64,000 nt of DNA from the NCBI RefSeq assembly GCF_006345805.1, contig NC_043014.1, positions 14,818,001-14,882,000 of the forward strand, read 5' to 3'. This document shows positions 40,506-53,100 of this stretch, one piece after another. The notes under the pieces were generated by a model, which saw only the letters and a list, made by a program, of their open reading frames with translations, searched no databases and was not told the DNA's origin. This stretch comes from Octopus sinensis (taxonomy: Eukaryota). The stretch's first letter is position 1. Every line of letters begins with the position of its first letter. The translations under genes and the position numbers were made by a program.

Positions 40506-41215
40506 CTTTAGGAACGTTGGGTCTTGAAATATATACGCTATAAATAATAGCTTAGCTACTTCAAGATGCAACGTTCCAAAAAAAGAATTACCATTTCATG
40601 TTCTCTTGAACTTTATAAATTCTCAGTACAAGGCAGACGTAAAAGTAAAATTCTTAAGACATCAACAATATTCATGCATCTATATGATGCTGTATGTATG
40701 TATATATATATAAAATAAAAAAATAATAATGAAATTATTGTATACAGTGCTCAGGTGCACCACAACGTATTATATATATATATGTATGTATATATATATA
40801 TATTTATCTTGGCTACAATAATTGTCACATATTACTTTTACAGATATATATATATAATATATATATATATATATCTTTAGGAACGTTGGGTCTTGAAATA
40901 TATACGCTATAAATAATAGCTTAGCTACTTCAAGATGCAACGTTCCAAAAAAAGAATTACCATTTCATGTTCTCTTGAACTTTATAAATTCTCAAGTACA
41001 AGGCAGACGTAAAAGTAAAATTCTTAAGACATCAACAATATTCATGCATCTATATGATGCTGTATGTATGTATATATATATAAAATAAAAAAATAATAAT
41101 GAAATTATTGTATACAGTGCTCAGGTGCACCACAACGTATTATTATTATATATATATATTTATCTTGGCTACAGAATAATTGTCACATATTACTTTTACA
41201 GATATATATATATAT
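40490..41215. repeat. Near-identical tandem duplication of a ~365-bp unit
   Basis: CTTTAGGAACGTTGGG...TTTTACAG occurs twice, starting near 40505 and 40875. Differences are almost all small indels. Confidence 0.9.
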
Positions 41216-41398
41216 ATAATGAGTGGATTTTATTTTTCACTCATTTAGATGTTGCAAATGTTCTTTGTAGCCGTTGCTAATTGACGATATCAAAGCAGTT
41301 AACGAAACACTTGTTACTCTCTTGCTTGACACACACGGCAATAATTAAACGACATTTGAATGCGGTAAACTGTGTCGTTTCCCCAAACACCGTCATTA

Positions 41399-41412
41399 GT
41401 TCCCATAACAAC
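41399..41412. promoter_or_regulatory. RFX X-box candidate GTTCCC-AT-AACAAC
   Basis: Exact fit to the GTHNYY-AT-RRNAAC consensus, near the putative 5' end of a ciliary transport gene. A weaker second site is ATTGTCATGAAAC at 41828-41840. Confidence 0.5.
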
Positions 41413-41545
41413 ATAACATTGATAGACGTCGCAAAAGAAAATTAACGAACAAACGGTCTACTTCAGCAAAATTTTCGATTATATTCAACAACTTGCTTAG
41501 GAGAAAAATGATAAATATGTCACAATAAAATATTTAAAAAATTAC

Positions 41546-41650
41546 CTTTGAAAAAAGAATATCGGATAACATTAAGGAAACTCGGCGCCCAATTTATCTA
41601 AAGTTTATCCAGTGGGCGGTGTAAGTGAAGACGAGAATAGATTTTACAAC
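41546..41650 (-). other. DYNC2H1: Candidate non-coding first exon of DYNC2H1 (5' boundary approximate)
   Basis: The acceptor just before the ATG requires an upstream exon. Donor AAAG|GTAATT at 41545 lies in a repeat-poor, CpG-containing stretch with a GC box (41614-41619) and a minus-strand CCAAT near 41870. Confidence 0.45.
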
Positions 41651-42927
41651 TTTATTATTATTTTTGAAAAGAAAATGCTGATTGATTACAATCATGAAAA
41701 TACTTCAGACACAAATCATTAATCGTTATTATATACCTTAACTATTTTCAATAAATAAAATCAGAAAACTTGTGGAATATGTTGATAAGTTTTGAGAGAA
41801 ATTTCGGAATTTTTTTATTAAGATATCATTGTCATGAAACACCGAAAAACAAGCTAAAAGCTGGAGATTGATTGGTTGACTGTTGTCACGCTCTTGCTTC
41901 CATGGTGTTCGGTGTTAGTAAACAGTCGAAGCATTCGCTCGCTCGCTCTCTCTCTCTTTCTTTCTCTCTCTCTCTCTCACTCACTTTCTTTCTTTTACCT
42001 CTTCTTTTTTTCTCTCTGTAATCTGCTCCTGTAAGTCTACATAATTGCTCATTGCCTTCGATTTATGCCCGTACATGAAATACACACACACACAATGTAT
42101 ACTAGACTACCCGTGACCCGTCGGGTCACCGGGAAACACTAAGTTTCCCAGCAAGAGAGCTTTGCTTCGTGGGTTGAAAAGATTTGACTACTATTTCTTG
42201 CACGCCCTGCTACCACGTAACAGGTATTTCGGGTCCTTTATCGCAAATAGCTGTTACGTGGTAGCAGGGTGTGCTAGAAATAGCAGCCAAATCATTGGAG
42301 GGGAGATACGTTGAATGCACTCGAGAGGTTACGAGCGGTTCTTTAACGAAATATCTACCGTATTTTTAAAGTCATTTAGAATATTTTTTAAATGTACCAA
42401 TTTTTTTTTTGTAATGGTATTCACTTGAAAATAATTTTAAAAGGTATTAAAATATTGCCTATTTAAAGAAAGCTAAAATATACATACTTACCGTACAAAC
42501 AGCTTACATTTTTGAAGTCTCATTCACTTAAAAACATTTGTAAATGATTAAAAAGCGAAAATAGAAATTGCAAAGAAAAAGAAGTCTTCCAGAATGAAGA
42601 TTATTTTTGGAACATTTTCCCATTATGCACCGTTTGGGGTATTTATTACCCTGAAAACCTTTAACATCTTCAAAACTACTTTACCGATTTACGCGAAACA
42701 TGTATAAAAATAGGATCACATGCGGTCGTATCGTATAGGGGCACAATCGCACGCGATCCCATTCTTAATGAAATATTACTGACCATATATATACATTCAG
42801 CGGCAATAGCACATAAGTGAATTGACAACAAGATTTCTTTTTGAAATATATACATTATTTATTTTACATATTTTACAATCATGTGGATTTTAAGAGTTCG
42901 TAAGCGTTAGCATGTTTTGTGTCTGTG

Positions 42928-43524
42928 TGTTCGGGTGGCGTGAAGCATACCCAAAGGTACTGAACATAGAATTAACAATGGCATTTAGTTTACTGTTCAT
43001 AGGGCAAGGTGATGGAATCTACTCGAGAGGCTTTCAGTAGTTGTATAGATTAGCGTAGCAACAGGTAGTAGCAGAGACAATTGCATACCTATAAGTTGAG
43101 CAGCAGGTGGCCTAAGTTAGTTCTTAGAAGAACTGGAACTCAAGACCTAAGTGTCCGTGAACCCTGCTTTATATACTGTTTGGTTGGCTCACCGAACTCC
43201 AGAAAATGGAATTTTAACCGAAATTCTTGATTGGCTGATTCGCAATTATGGCGCGAAATAAGTCGAGACAATTCGCGTCACGTGTCAACCAGTGGCGCGG
43301 ACTTCGTAGGTACCCTCGTGTCACATGTCAACCAGTGGCGCGAAACACGTAGAGACCACTCGTGTCACCTGTCAGCCAATCAAGTTAGTGTTTAGAACAA
43401 GAACAAGTTGACCAAAGATGGTTGTAACCTCAAACGAGATCATTTCTGCCTTGCCTTTCACACAGTGAAGATATTAGCAATCGCTATAGTCATATTTCAA
43501 AATGGCTGAAACTGCCACGCTACA
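42928..43524 (-). mobile_element. Solo-LTR-like segment
   Basis: On the minus strand: TGTAG... start, ~43-bp tandem subrepeats (43278-43380), CCAAT boxes, TATATAAA near 43170, AGTAAA signal and a ...CGAACA end. No target-site duplication found. Confidence 0.45.
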
Positions 43525-43529
43525 CATGT

Positions 43530-43850
43530 TTCATTCGATTCTGTAGAGACCGAAAAGGACCGAGGGGAACATATCTTAAGGGTATCAAGGATATACAACC
43601 CGATATGTTCGCATACATCAGTGCTGTCGTCGGCCCCCATTTTTACACCAAAAGAGCCCACGGGGTCGGATTGCTTGACCCAGGTGGAACCTTTATTGAA
43701 CAGCACTGTTTTCCTGGCGTGCAAAATTACTTCTATATCCCTGTCGCTAATGCCAATGCAACGCTTGCATTTCAGGAAATTCCTACTAACCTTTTGGAAC
43801 CTACGAAATAGCAGGGTCACCGATGATCGATAACCAAAGGGACACAACCC
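43530..43850 (-). mobile_element. Penelope-like (Naiad-type) reverse transcriptase fragment, decayed
   Basis: ILHARKTVLFNKGSTWVKQ...FGVKMGADDSTDVCEHIGLYIL, then GLYR in a shifted frame. Resembles PLE RT FDVTMGSYDGAEVCELVGLY...GLYRDD. Confidence 0.75.
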
Positions 43851-44098
43851 CCTTTGTTGACATTAGCGATCGATAGCCAAGGGGAGGCAATCCCCTTTGT
43901 TGACTTTGAGTAACGAGCTCACTTCCTCCTCATTATTCTAGAGAGTCCACTCACTAGAGAGGCCTTTAGCCAACAGGTTTTGGGATCAGATGATACGACA
44001 TAAAGCCAAACCCTTTATGGATGTGAAACCTAAAGTAATCCCATAAACCGGCCTTTTTTTTTTCTTTTTTTTTTTTGGTCTAACCCTTTCGAGCCGTC

Positions 44099-46380
44099 AT
44101 GGTGATTGTCAGGGTGGGCTGCATAAATGTTCGCGGCCTGAGGTCACCCTGGAAGCAAGGTCGCTTGCTCAATGACCTCAGGTCGCTAGGTTTCGATGTG
44201 ATAGCAACCAGTGAGACCAGAATTTCCGACACACGTGATCTTGCACCCACTTTAGGCGATTATGAGATCTACGCATCTCTTAGTAGGCCCAGAATGGGAC
44301 GCGGGGTGGCAGTGCTGTTTAGGAAAGGCCTGGATCTCGAAGTCCGTACGATCTTCCTGGACCCGGAGGGTTAGTTGGTGGTCCTGGAAATTAACGCCAG
44401 TGAAGGTAGTGCCTTTAGACTAGTCGCTGTTTACACCCTCACGGAGGCAGGGCAACCAGGTTTCTTCAGACGTTTGGAGGTTTTTCCATGGGACGTCACG
44501 CTCTTTAATGTTAGTGGGTGACTGGAACGCCATTTTGGACGCATGCCTAAATAGGGCGGGACTAGGTGATAGGAGAAGAGGAAGTAAAATCCTCACAAAT
44601 CTGCGCAACCGCTTTCAGTTGACTGACAGACACCGACGGGCTTTCCTGAATGCGCCAATGTGAACATGGGCGAACCGCATCGAGTCTTTCAGGTTTCATC
44701 TAGATAGAATATTTTGTAGGCCAGTAGACAGAAGTAGTATAAGTTGTCCACGTTTCAAAGACGTCGGTAACTCGGACCATAAATTTGTGATCTGTACGGT
44801 CGACATAAATAGGATCCATGGACAGGGACCCGGATACTGGAAGGTGAACACGTCCTTCCCAGCGCGCTAAGCTTTCAGAGACCGGATTAGCAAGTTAGTC
44901 TATCGAGAGTTGGCGGGCACAATCAATAGCCGTTGTTGAATAGACTTGGAAAGGGCTATTAGAGTAGAGGCAGTAGGTTTTAGTAAGGAAATGGTGTTAG
45001 AGGAATCTAGGTAGCCTAGTTAGGAAGTTTGAAGAGGTACTTAGGAAGTCACAGCGACCGACGTGGTGGTCGCGAGATTATCTTTTGATCAATTCTTCAA
45101 TGTCAAGCACGAAGGTTTCGTTGTCAGAGCTAGGGCGCGTGCACTGAGGCGGAAGGTGGATGTTTTGAGGGGAATACCACGTGATCTAGGATGCGGAAGA
45201 TTCGTGTCGGCTTACACGGACGACGTCACCATAATAGTGTCGGACATCTCGGAAATCGAGTTGGTCGGCACGGCTCTAAGGGAGTACGAAGCTGTGACAG
45301 GAGCAAATATCAACCAGGAGAAGTCGGTGGGTCAGCAGCTCGGCACCTGGAGAAGCAGGTCAAGGCCAACCGACAGCCTGATAGGCCAGAAATGGGCAGA
45401 GAGGAAGCTGTCCCTGAATGGTCGGGCGGAGGTGGTGAAAGAATACATTACTTCCGGTCATCTACTACCGCATAACCGTCATCGCTTGCCCCACTTCGTG
45501 CCTGATAAAGTTGGACCGCTTGTTCTTCCACTCCCTATGGAAGGGACGTGTTCCGCTCATCAGACGGTCCATCTGCTGTCAACAGCCGCTGAGCGGAGGA
45601 TTGGGTATCCAGTGGCTAATGATGCGCAGACACGCGCTGAGGTTGCAATATCTCCAGCCTTTCCTTAACAGGGACTTCCCGCAGCTTGTTTCAATAATGG
45701 AACCACAGTCCTGGGTCAAGCGCAGACCAAGAAAGGGTGCTTAGCACCAGGACTCGGAGTGTCGGCAAGCGCTCACTGCCTTCTGTTAGTCGGGCAACGC
45801 AGTCGGTAGAAGTTCCACCATGGAGTCCTATAGAGGATTAGTGGAGGGAGAGAGCGATGACGTACTCGAGGAAACTCTGGGCGTCGACAGAGATCAGCTA
45901 ATTTGCCTTTTCCGGAGGACTGTCGGGCCAGGGCCTGTGAATAACTTCAAGAAATCCCTGGCCTGGAAGTACTACCGAGGAGCTCTGCTGATTCAAGACA
46001 AGTTCTACAGACACAGAAGTGTTGTTAGATGGACCTGTCCGAGGTATGCGCAAGGTGATGAAACCGTCCGGCATGCATTCGTCCAGTGTCTGTGCATTAC
46101 TGACCTGTGGAGCTTTGTCGAACAGCTGTTGTCACGTGTAGGACGGATCCGGTTATCAGCCGAGTCCATTGTGAGGAACACCCCTCCGCCTTATTTTGGC
46201 CGGGAAGGGAAAGGCAGCTTTCCTCTGCAGTGTGATAGACGAGGTTGAATGGACTGAAGACAGACACTTTTCTTTTCGGCCGAGCTCTCATTGACTTTTA
46301 CAAGTTCCACTTGAAAAGGAAAGTGAGGGTTGAGAGAGAAGTACTGCCGCCACCCCGTTAAGTTTGTTGAAAGTTGGGTG
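44099..46380 (+). mobile_element. Tx1/L1-group LINE ORF2, decayed and internally deleted
   Basis: APE start VGCINVRGL...DVIATSETR...GVAVL, RT motif AYTDDVT, and a C-terminal CPR...ETVRHAFVQC zinc-knuckle region. Many stops and frameshifts. Confidence 0.85.
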
Positions 46381-46584
46381 ATTGTTGCGAAAATGGCTCG
46401 TGTGAATGGGCCTACTCTGAATTTTCGTCTTTCGTTCGTCTTTATGTTCTAAGTTCAAATTCCGCCGAGGTCGACTTTGCTTTTCATCCTTTCAGGGTCG
46501 ATAAATTAAGTACCAGCTGAGGTCAGTGTAATCGACTATCCCCACTTCCCAAAATTTTCAGGCCCTGTGCCTATAGTAGAAAGG

Positions 46585-46589
<5 letters not shown>

Positions 46590-46641
<52 letters not shown>

Positions 46642-46925
46642 TTTTTTCTTCTTTCAAATTTGCTTCCATTTCTTGCCGAGTGTCTTCCCGACTCCTAGGG
46701 CAAAGAAACTCATAGTATACATTGGTAGGCCATTAAACCAAACTCAATAGTTCGTTCATTTAAAAAAAAAATTTTTTTTTTAAGTTAAATTAAAATACAT
46801 GAGCAGCAACAGTTCTCACATCAACAATGCTCTTCTCAATACGTGTGATGTACCAGTTAAGACAATCTTTTGCACTTCTTGCAGGGATGGTAAGCCAGGG
46901 ATCATTCTCATATAATTTTTTAATA
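46590..46925 (-). mobile_element. 3' end of an R4/Dong-like (RLE) non-LTR element in a (TAA)n tract
   Basis: IPGLPSLQEVQKIVLTGTSHVLRRAL* resembles the C-terminus of RLE-type LINEs. (TAA)n lies on both sides. Confidence 0.65.
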
Positions 46926-46973
<48 letters not shown>

Positions 46974-47647
46974 CATCATCATCATTATTATTATGAAAAA
47001 CCACAGGTCTTGTAAAATACAGATACTCAGTGGTTTTCATTATGATAATAGCTTTACTCTTGGCTGATCGAGTGGTATTCTACTTGCTGATGTCTTACCA
47101 TACAACGTGTGTGTGTGTGTGTGTGTGAGTGAGAGAGAGAGAGAGAGAGAGAGCACGCACGTGTGTGTGTTTGTGTGTTTGTATAAGCAACTGTAAAGCT
47201 CTCTTAGCCATCTTTTGCTAAATGTAAAGCTAATATATAAAATATAAGACTACGCCTCCTCTCTGATTCACTTTGATTTCCTGGTTCCATCAGCGACATC
47301 ATTATTAACTTGCAGAAATTATTTCTGTCTTGACCTTTTGGGTAAGTTGATAGGTCGATATGACTAGTGACTATGATGAGAGACCAGATCAATGGACAAT
47401 TATAATTACGCTGATCCGGCTAATTTTAATCTAAACGAAACGAACATGTCAAGCAGAAAATCGATAATAGCAAACCAAGAAATACTGGGGGTGTTTGAAT
47501 TTTTGGTGTTCGAAATTAGGTACCTATTCACATCGTGAAAACGTAGATGCCTCGAGAAGATGTGAAATAAATAATTTCTTTCAAGAGTGGGTGAGTCTCA
47601 AAGCGAATTCAGTTATCTACACACATACACACACACACACACACACG

Positions 47648-47690
<43 letters not shown>

Positions 47691-47729
47691 ACACACACAC
47701 CACACACACACACACACACATATATATTC

Positions 47730-47945
47730 AAAATGTGACTGCGTGTGTACCGTTGGCGATTTTTTTTCCTCCGTCTTCCTTTCTTTGCATCTTCCTTTTC
47801 CTATGTTTCTGACAAAGAGCTCCGCTCGAAACGTTAAACCCTCCGTCTTTCCTTCTTTCCTGAGCGTCCAATAATATTATACTTGTTCCACGTCCTCGCG
47901 TTGTTGTGTTTTCTCTTTGTGTTTTCATGTTTGGATTAACTAACT
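47730..47945 (+). mobile_element. PLE-terminus-like repeat, family C, with hammerhead-like motif (47805-47839)
   Basis: GTTT-CTGACAA-A-GAGC-TCC-GCTC-GAAAC-GTT-AAAC. G8 is lost, consistent with CG>CA decay. The element ends at (TA)n. Confidence 0.6.
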
Positions 47946-47960
47946 ATATTTATATATATA

Positions 47961-48031
<71 letters not shown>

Positions 48032-49867
48032 GGAGATAAAACTATGCTATGATAAAACTGTATCCGTAGGCAGGGCCCTGGTTTGAGAATTAGAAAGTTT
48101 TGAGGAGTGTGGACTAACTTCTTAACCATTATTGTTCCCGGGACAAGGCAGCGAGCTGGCAGAAACGTTAGCACGCCGGGCGAAATACTTTGCGGCATTT
48201 CGTCTGTCTTTACGTTCTGAGTTCAAAATCTGCCGAGGTCGACTTTGCCTTTCATCCTTTCAGGGTCGATAAATTAAGTACCAGTTGAGTTACGGCGTCG
48301 ATGTAATCGACTCGTTCCCTTCTCCTCAAGTTTTAAGCCTTGTGCCTATAGTAGAAAGGATTATTGTTTTTGGATCTATTCTGACCCAGAATAGTAGCAC
48401 TGTTCAGGGTTCCTGATATGGGAATTTGCATGTCACGGAGCTTTCACTTACAGACACCCGAACGGGCCCAGTGGCAATGAGGGCTTTTAGCTCTTTAGCT
48501 GCTCGTCTAAGGGAAGGTAACTTCATTAAAATGCTGCATCTTGATATCTACTGGTTCATAGCACTTGTTGCACCAGACCAATACAACTTCAAGGAGAAGA
48601 GAGAGGGACTGGTCCTGCCCAAACTATGCCTACTATAGTACTAAACCCCTGCAAATGCGGCGAATTGGCAGAGTCGTTAGCACACAGGGCAAAATGCTTA
48701 GCGTCATTTCGTCCCTCCTTTACATTCTGAGTTCATCTTCTGCCAACGTTGACCTTTGTCTTTTGTCCTTTCGGGATCGATAAGATAAGTACCAGTTGAG
48801 CACTGAAATCGATGTAATCGATTTACCCGCTGTCCGGAGTTTGCTGGCCTTGTGCAAAAATTTAAAACCAATAATAAACCCATGGTGCTTTGTGGAGTAA
48901 TTTATTGGCGCTTATAAAAAAATGATTAATGAAGTAACCCCCTACAGAAAATCCGGAAAGAGGAACCCTAAGGTAGATATGTATGGTCATCTTTTTCTTT
49001 CTTTCTTTTGCGCTCTTTTCAAGCCTAGCCAGGCTCATGATGCGATCAACGGAACAGCTTGCTCGTGAAATTAACGTGCAAGTGACTGAGCAATCCACAG
49101 ACACGTGTACCCTTAACGTAGTTCTCAGGGAGATTCAGTGTGGTACAGAATCTGACAAGGCCGGCCCTTTGAAATACAGGTACAACTCATTTTTGCCAGC
49201 CGAGTGGACTGAAGCAATATGAAATAAAGTGTCTTGCTCAAAGACACAATGCGTCGCCGGGAATTGAACTCACGACCTTACAATCGTGAGCCGAATGCCC
49301 TAACCACTAAACCATGCGCCTTCACTTGGTTAAGTTACTGTTTTTGCAATACGGTCGACCAACGACAAAAGCAAAGCCAACCAAATCAAATTAGATTAAA
49401 AATAGGCAAACCGAAAATTAAAAATAACAAGACTACAAAAATCAAGAAGAAGTACACACAGAATACATTTGGCTGATGCTCAGTATAAGATGGAAAAGAA
49501 GAGGAGGTGTGTAAACGTGTCAAGCGGGGCCCTTCACCAGAAAGAGGAAAGATGAAAGGTTCGGAGAGAAAGAAAAAAGTCCCAGAAAATCATCTTGGAT
49601 GGATAAACGGTCGAAGGCTACTTCGTGTCCCACAAAAATAGCTTTCAAAGCATTTTCCATCCAAGTATTTTTTTAACGCAGTATATAACAAAATATTCAT
49701 AACTATATCCGCTTTGAGACTCTCTTTTCAAAAGATATTTTTAGATAAGTTAATCTTCTTCATGTGATTTGTTGTTTATCCCGAGGCCAATCCTAAATCA
49801 AATGATCAAATGTATTCCAGTGGCGACCATAACGTCAGACATCAGTTTTTAATATATCTATTTCTAG

Positions 49868-50175
49868 GTACGTGGAGGCACGTTGTCTAGTGGTTAGAGC
49901 AGCGAATTCGCGGTCTAGGGATCGCGGGTTCGAATCTCTGATCGGGCGATGTGTGTGTTTATGATCGAAACACCTAAGCTCCACGCGGCTCCGGCAGAAG
50001 GTAATGGCGAGCTTCTGCTGACTCTTTGGCCATAACTTTCTCTCACTCCTTCCTCCTGCATCTTGCAGCTCACCTGCGACGGACCGGCGTCCCGTCCAGG
50101 TGGGGAACCCATACGCCAAGGGAACCAGGAAACTGGCCCTTATGAGCCATGCGTGGCTCGTGAAGGAACAAACAA
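49868..50175 (+). mobile_element. tRNA-derived SINE with a V-domain-like segment; copy at 20085-20385 (-)
   Basis: tRNA head followed by GCGACGGACCGGCGTCCCGTCCAGG, resembling the V-SINE core. Confidence 0.7.
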
Positions 50176-53100
50176 CAAATTTATAGGTACAGATATGCTT
50201 GTGTGGTTAAGAAGCTCGCTTTGCAACCATGCCGTTTCAGGTTCAATTCAACCGCGTGGCACCTTTGGTGTCTTCTACTATAGCCTCCGGTCGACCAATG
50301 ATTTATGAGTGAGTTTTAGTAGACGGAAACTGCGCGGAAACCCGTTGTACATAGACAGATAAATAGATAGCTGTTTATGTGCTTGTGTTTGTTACTCCCA
50401 CCACCGGGGTTGTTTTGTTTGCGTCCTCGTAAGTTAGAGATTCGGCAAGAGAAATCGATAGAACAAGTACTTGGCGTAAAAAATAATAATAAAAAAAAAT
50501 AATAATCATTTCTTTATTGTCCACAAGGGGTTACACATAGAGGGGACAAACAAGGACAGACAAAGGGATTAAGTCGATTACATCGACCCCAGTGTGTAAC
50601 TGGTACTTATTTAATCGACCCGAAAGGATGAAAGGTAAAGTCGACCTCGGCGGAATTTGAACTCAGAACGGGAAATAAAGACATAAGTACTGGGGTCGAT
50701 TTGTCCGACTAAAACCCTTCAAAGCGATGCCCTAGCATGGCCGCAGTCCAACGGCAGAAACAAAGAAAAGAAGATAACGTCGTTGATTTGAAAGCGATCC
50801 AGTTGTTATATTGTCAATAACAGTATTAATAGCATCAATGATTTTGTAGTTGGTGGTAGTGAGGCTGTTTTTTAACCTCAAATTAAATCTGCATGAGCAC
50901 ACATGACGTTACATCCATGCATGACCATCCTGTCTTTTTTTTTCTAGATTATATTATTCAATGTCTTTTTTTTGTTTTAAGATTGTGAAATGATTTAAGA
51001 GAGACTTGGTCCCATGCTGCTTGTGTTGTTACCAGTGACGAGGCTGGTATTATTTCTAATTGTCATTGGACAGTGAACTGCCAGAATCGTTGGCACGCCG
51101 AACAAACTGCTTAGCGACGTTTCGTCCGTCTTTATGTTCAGAGTTAAAGTTTTGCCGAGGTCGATTTTGCATTTCATCCTTTCCGAGGTCCCTAAAATAA
51201 ATACCAGTTGAGTACTGGGGTCGATGTGATTTACTAACCCGCCCTCCTCCCATAAAATTTTAGGCTTTGTGTCTATAGTGGAAACGATTATGGCTTCATT
51301 TTGAGTCAACAAGATGGCAAAATCGTTAGCACGCCGCATAAAATGCTTAGCGACATTTCATCCGCCTATTTATTCTGAGTTCAAAATTTGCCGAGGTCGA
51401 CTTTGCCTTTCATCCTTTTGGGGTCGATAAAATAAATACCAATTAAATACTGGCGTCGATGTAATTGACTAACCCCTCCCCTCAAAAACTGCTGGTCTTG
51501 TGCCAAAATTTGAAAGCATTATTACAAATTCTCATAGGGCGGCGAGCTGGCGGAAACGTTAGCACACCGGACGAAATGCTTAGCGGTATTTCGTCTGCCG
51601 CTACGTTCTGAGTTCAAATTCCGCTGAGGCCGACTTTGCCTTTCATCCTTTCGGAGTCGTTTAAATAAGTACCAGTTACGCACTTGGGTCGATGTAATCG
51701 ACTTAATCCGTTTGTCTGTCCTTGTTTGTCCCCTCTGTGTTTAGCCCCTTGTGGACAATAAAGAAATAGGTATTTCGTCTGCCGTTACGTTCTGAGTTCA
51801 AATTCCGTCGAGGTCGACTTTGCCTTTCATCTTTTCGGGGTCGATAAATTAGGTACCAGTTGCGCACTTGGGTCGATGTAATTGACTTAATCTCTTTGTC
51901 TGTCCTTGTTTGTCCCCTCTATGTTTAGCCCCTTGTGGGTAGTAAAGAAATAAGAATCGTTAGTACGCCCGAAAACATGCTTAGCGCCATTACTTTCAGC
52001 TTCACGTTTTGAGTTCAAATTCCGCCGAAGTTGACTACTTTTCATGCCTTCAAAATCGATATAATAAGTATCAGTTGAACACTGGGATCGATGTAATCGA
52101 CTTAACCCTCCCCTAAAATTTCAGGCTTTGTGCCTATAGTGATTCTTAGCTCGTGTGGGTGTTGTTGCTCTTGTTTTCGCGAATGTTGTTTAACCACAGA
52201 TCAATCTTAATTGAGCAGACCTATAATCAAAGTCGCTCTTTCCACAGCATAATCCAATGCGTCTTTCCTTTTATTTTTCCAAGATATTAGGTGATTCGGG
52301 GATGAATGACGTTAGGCTGCTATTTCTAGCTGGTCGACGGATCGCATAGACTCGTTTAATGACTTTCCGTTTAACGATAACCCATATGAATTTTTTCTTA
52401 AGCCCTACAATTCATAAAGTTAGTTACCCGGCTTCCGTCGCCAGTCTTGGGGAAAGTGACAGTTAATTTCATCGACTCCAGTACTCGACTGGTACTTTAT
52501 TCTATCAACCCTGAAGGGACGAAAGGCAAAGTTGACCTCGGTGGGATTTGGACTCAGAACGTAAAGAGCCAGAACAACTACCGCCAAGCATTTTGTCCGA
52601 CACACTAATAATTCTGCCAGCTCGCCGCCTTGATAATTATATAATTCACAATAATAATACTTTATTTCTAAATCGTGAAAAAGGAAACGTAAAGGTTTTC
52701 ATTTTCATGAAATCTTTTCTGACTTCTTTTGCATTCACACGACACAGAGTTTCTTATTTCTTTATTTCCCACAAGGGGCTAAACACAGAGAGGACAAACA
52801 AGGACAAACAAAGAGATTAAGTCGATTAGATCGATCCCAGTGCGTAACTGGTACTTAATTTATCGACCCCGAAAGGATGAAAGGCAAAGTCGACCTCGGC
52901 GGAATTTGAACTCAGAACGTAGCGGCAGACGAAATACCGCTAAGCATTTCACCCGGCGTGCTAACGTTTCTGCCAGTCAACCAAATCCACTCACACTTGA
53001 CCGGCCGCGAATTTTTTTTTTCCCACGAGAGTTCCGGCCCCCAGTAATGAACTCATTTGCATACAACCAATCAGAGCTCACCTTGACCTTGTTGTTAAAT

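Noticed and set aside
47316-47341. Plus-strand 26-nt micro-exon (TTGCAG...GG|GTAAGT) of a divergent gene
   Set aside because: No partner exons or protein similarity were found on the + strand; such signals occur by chance.
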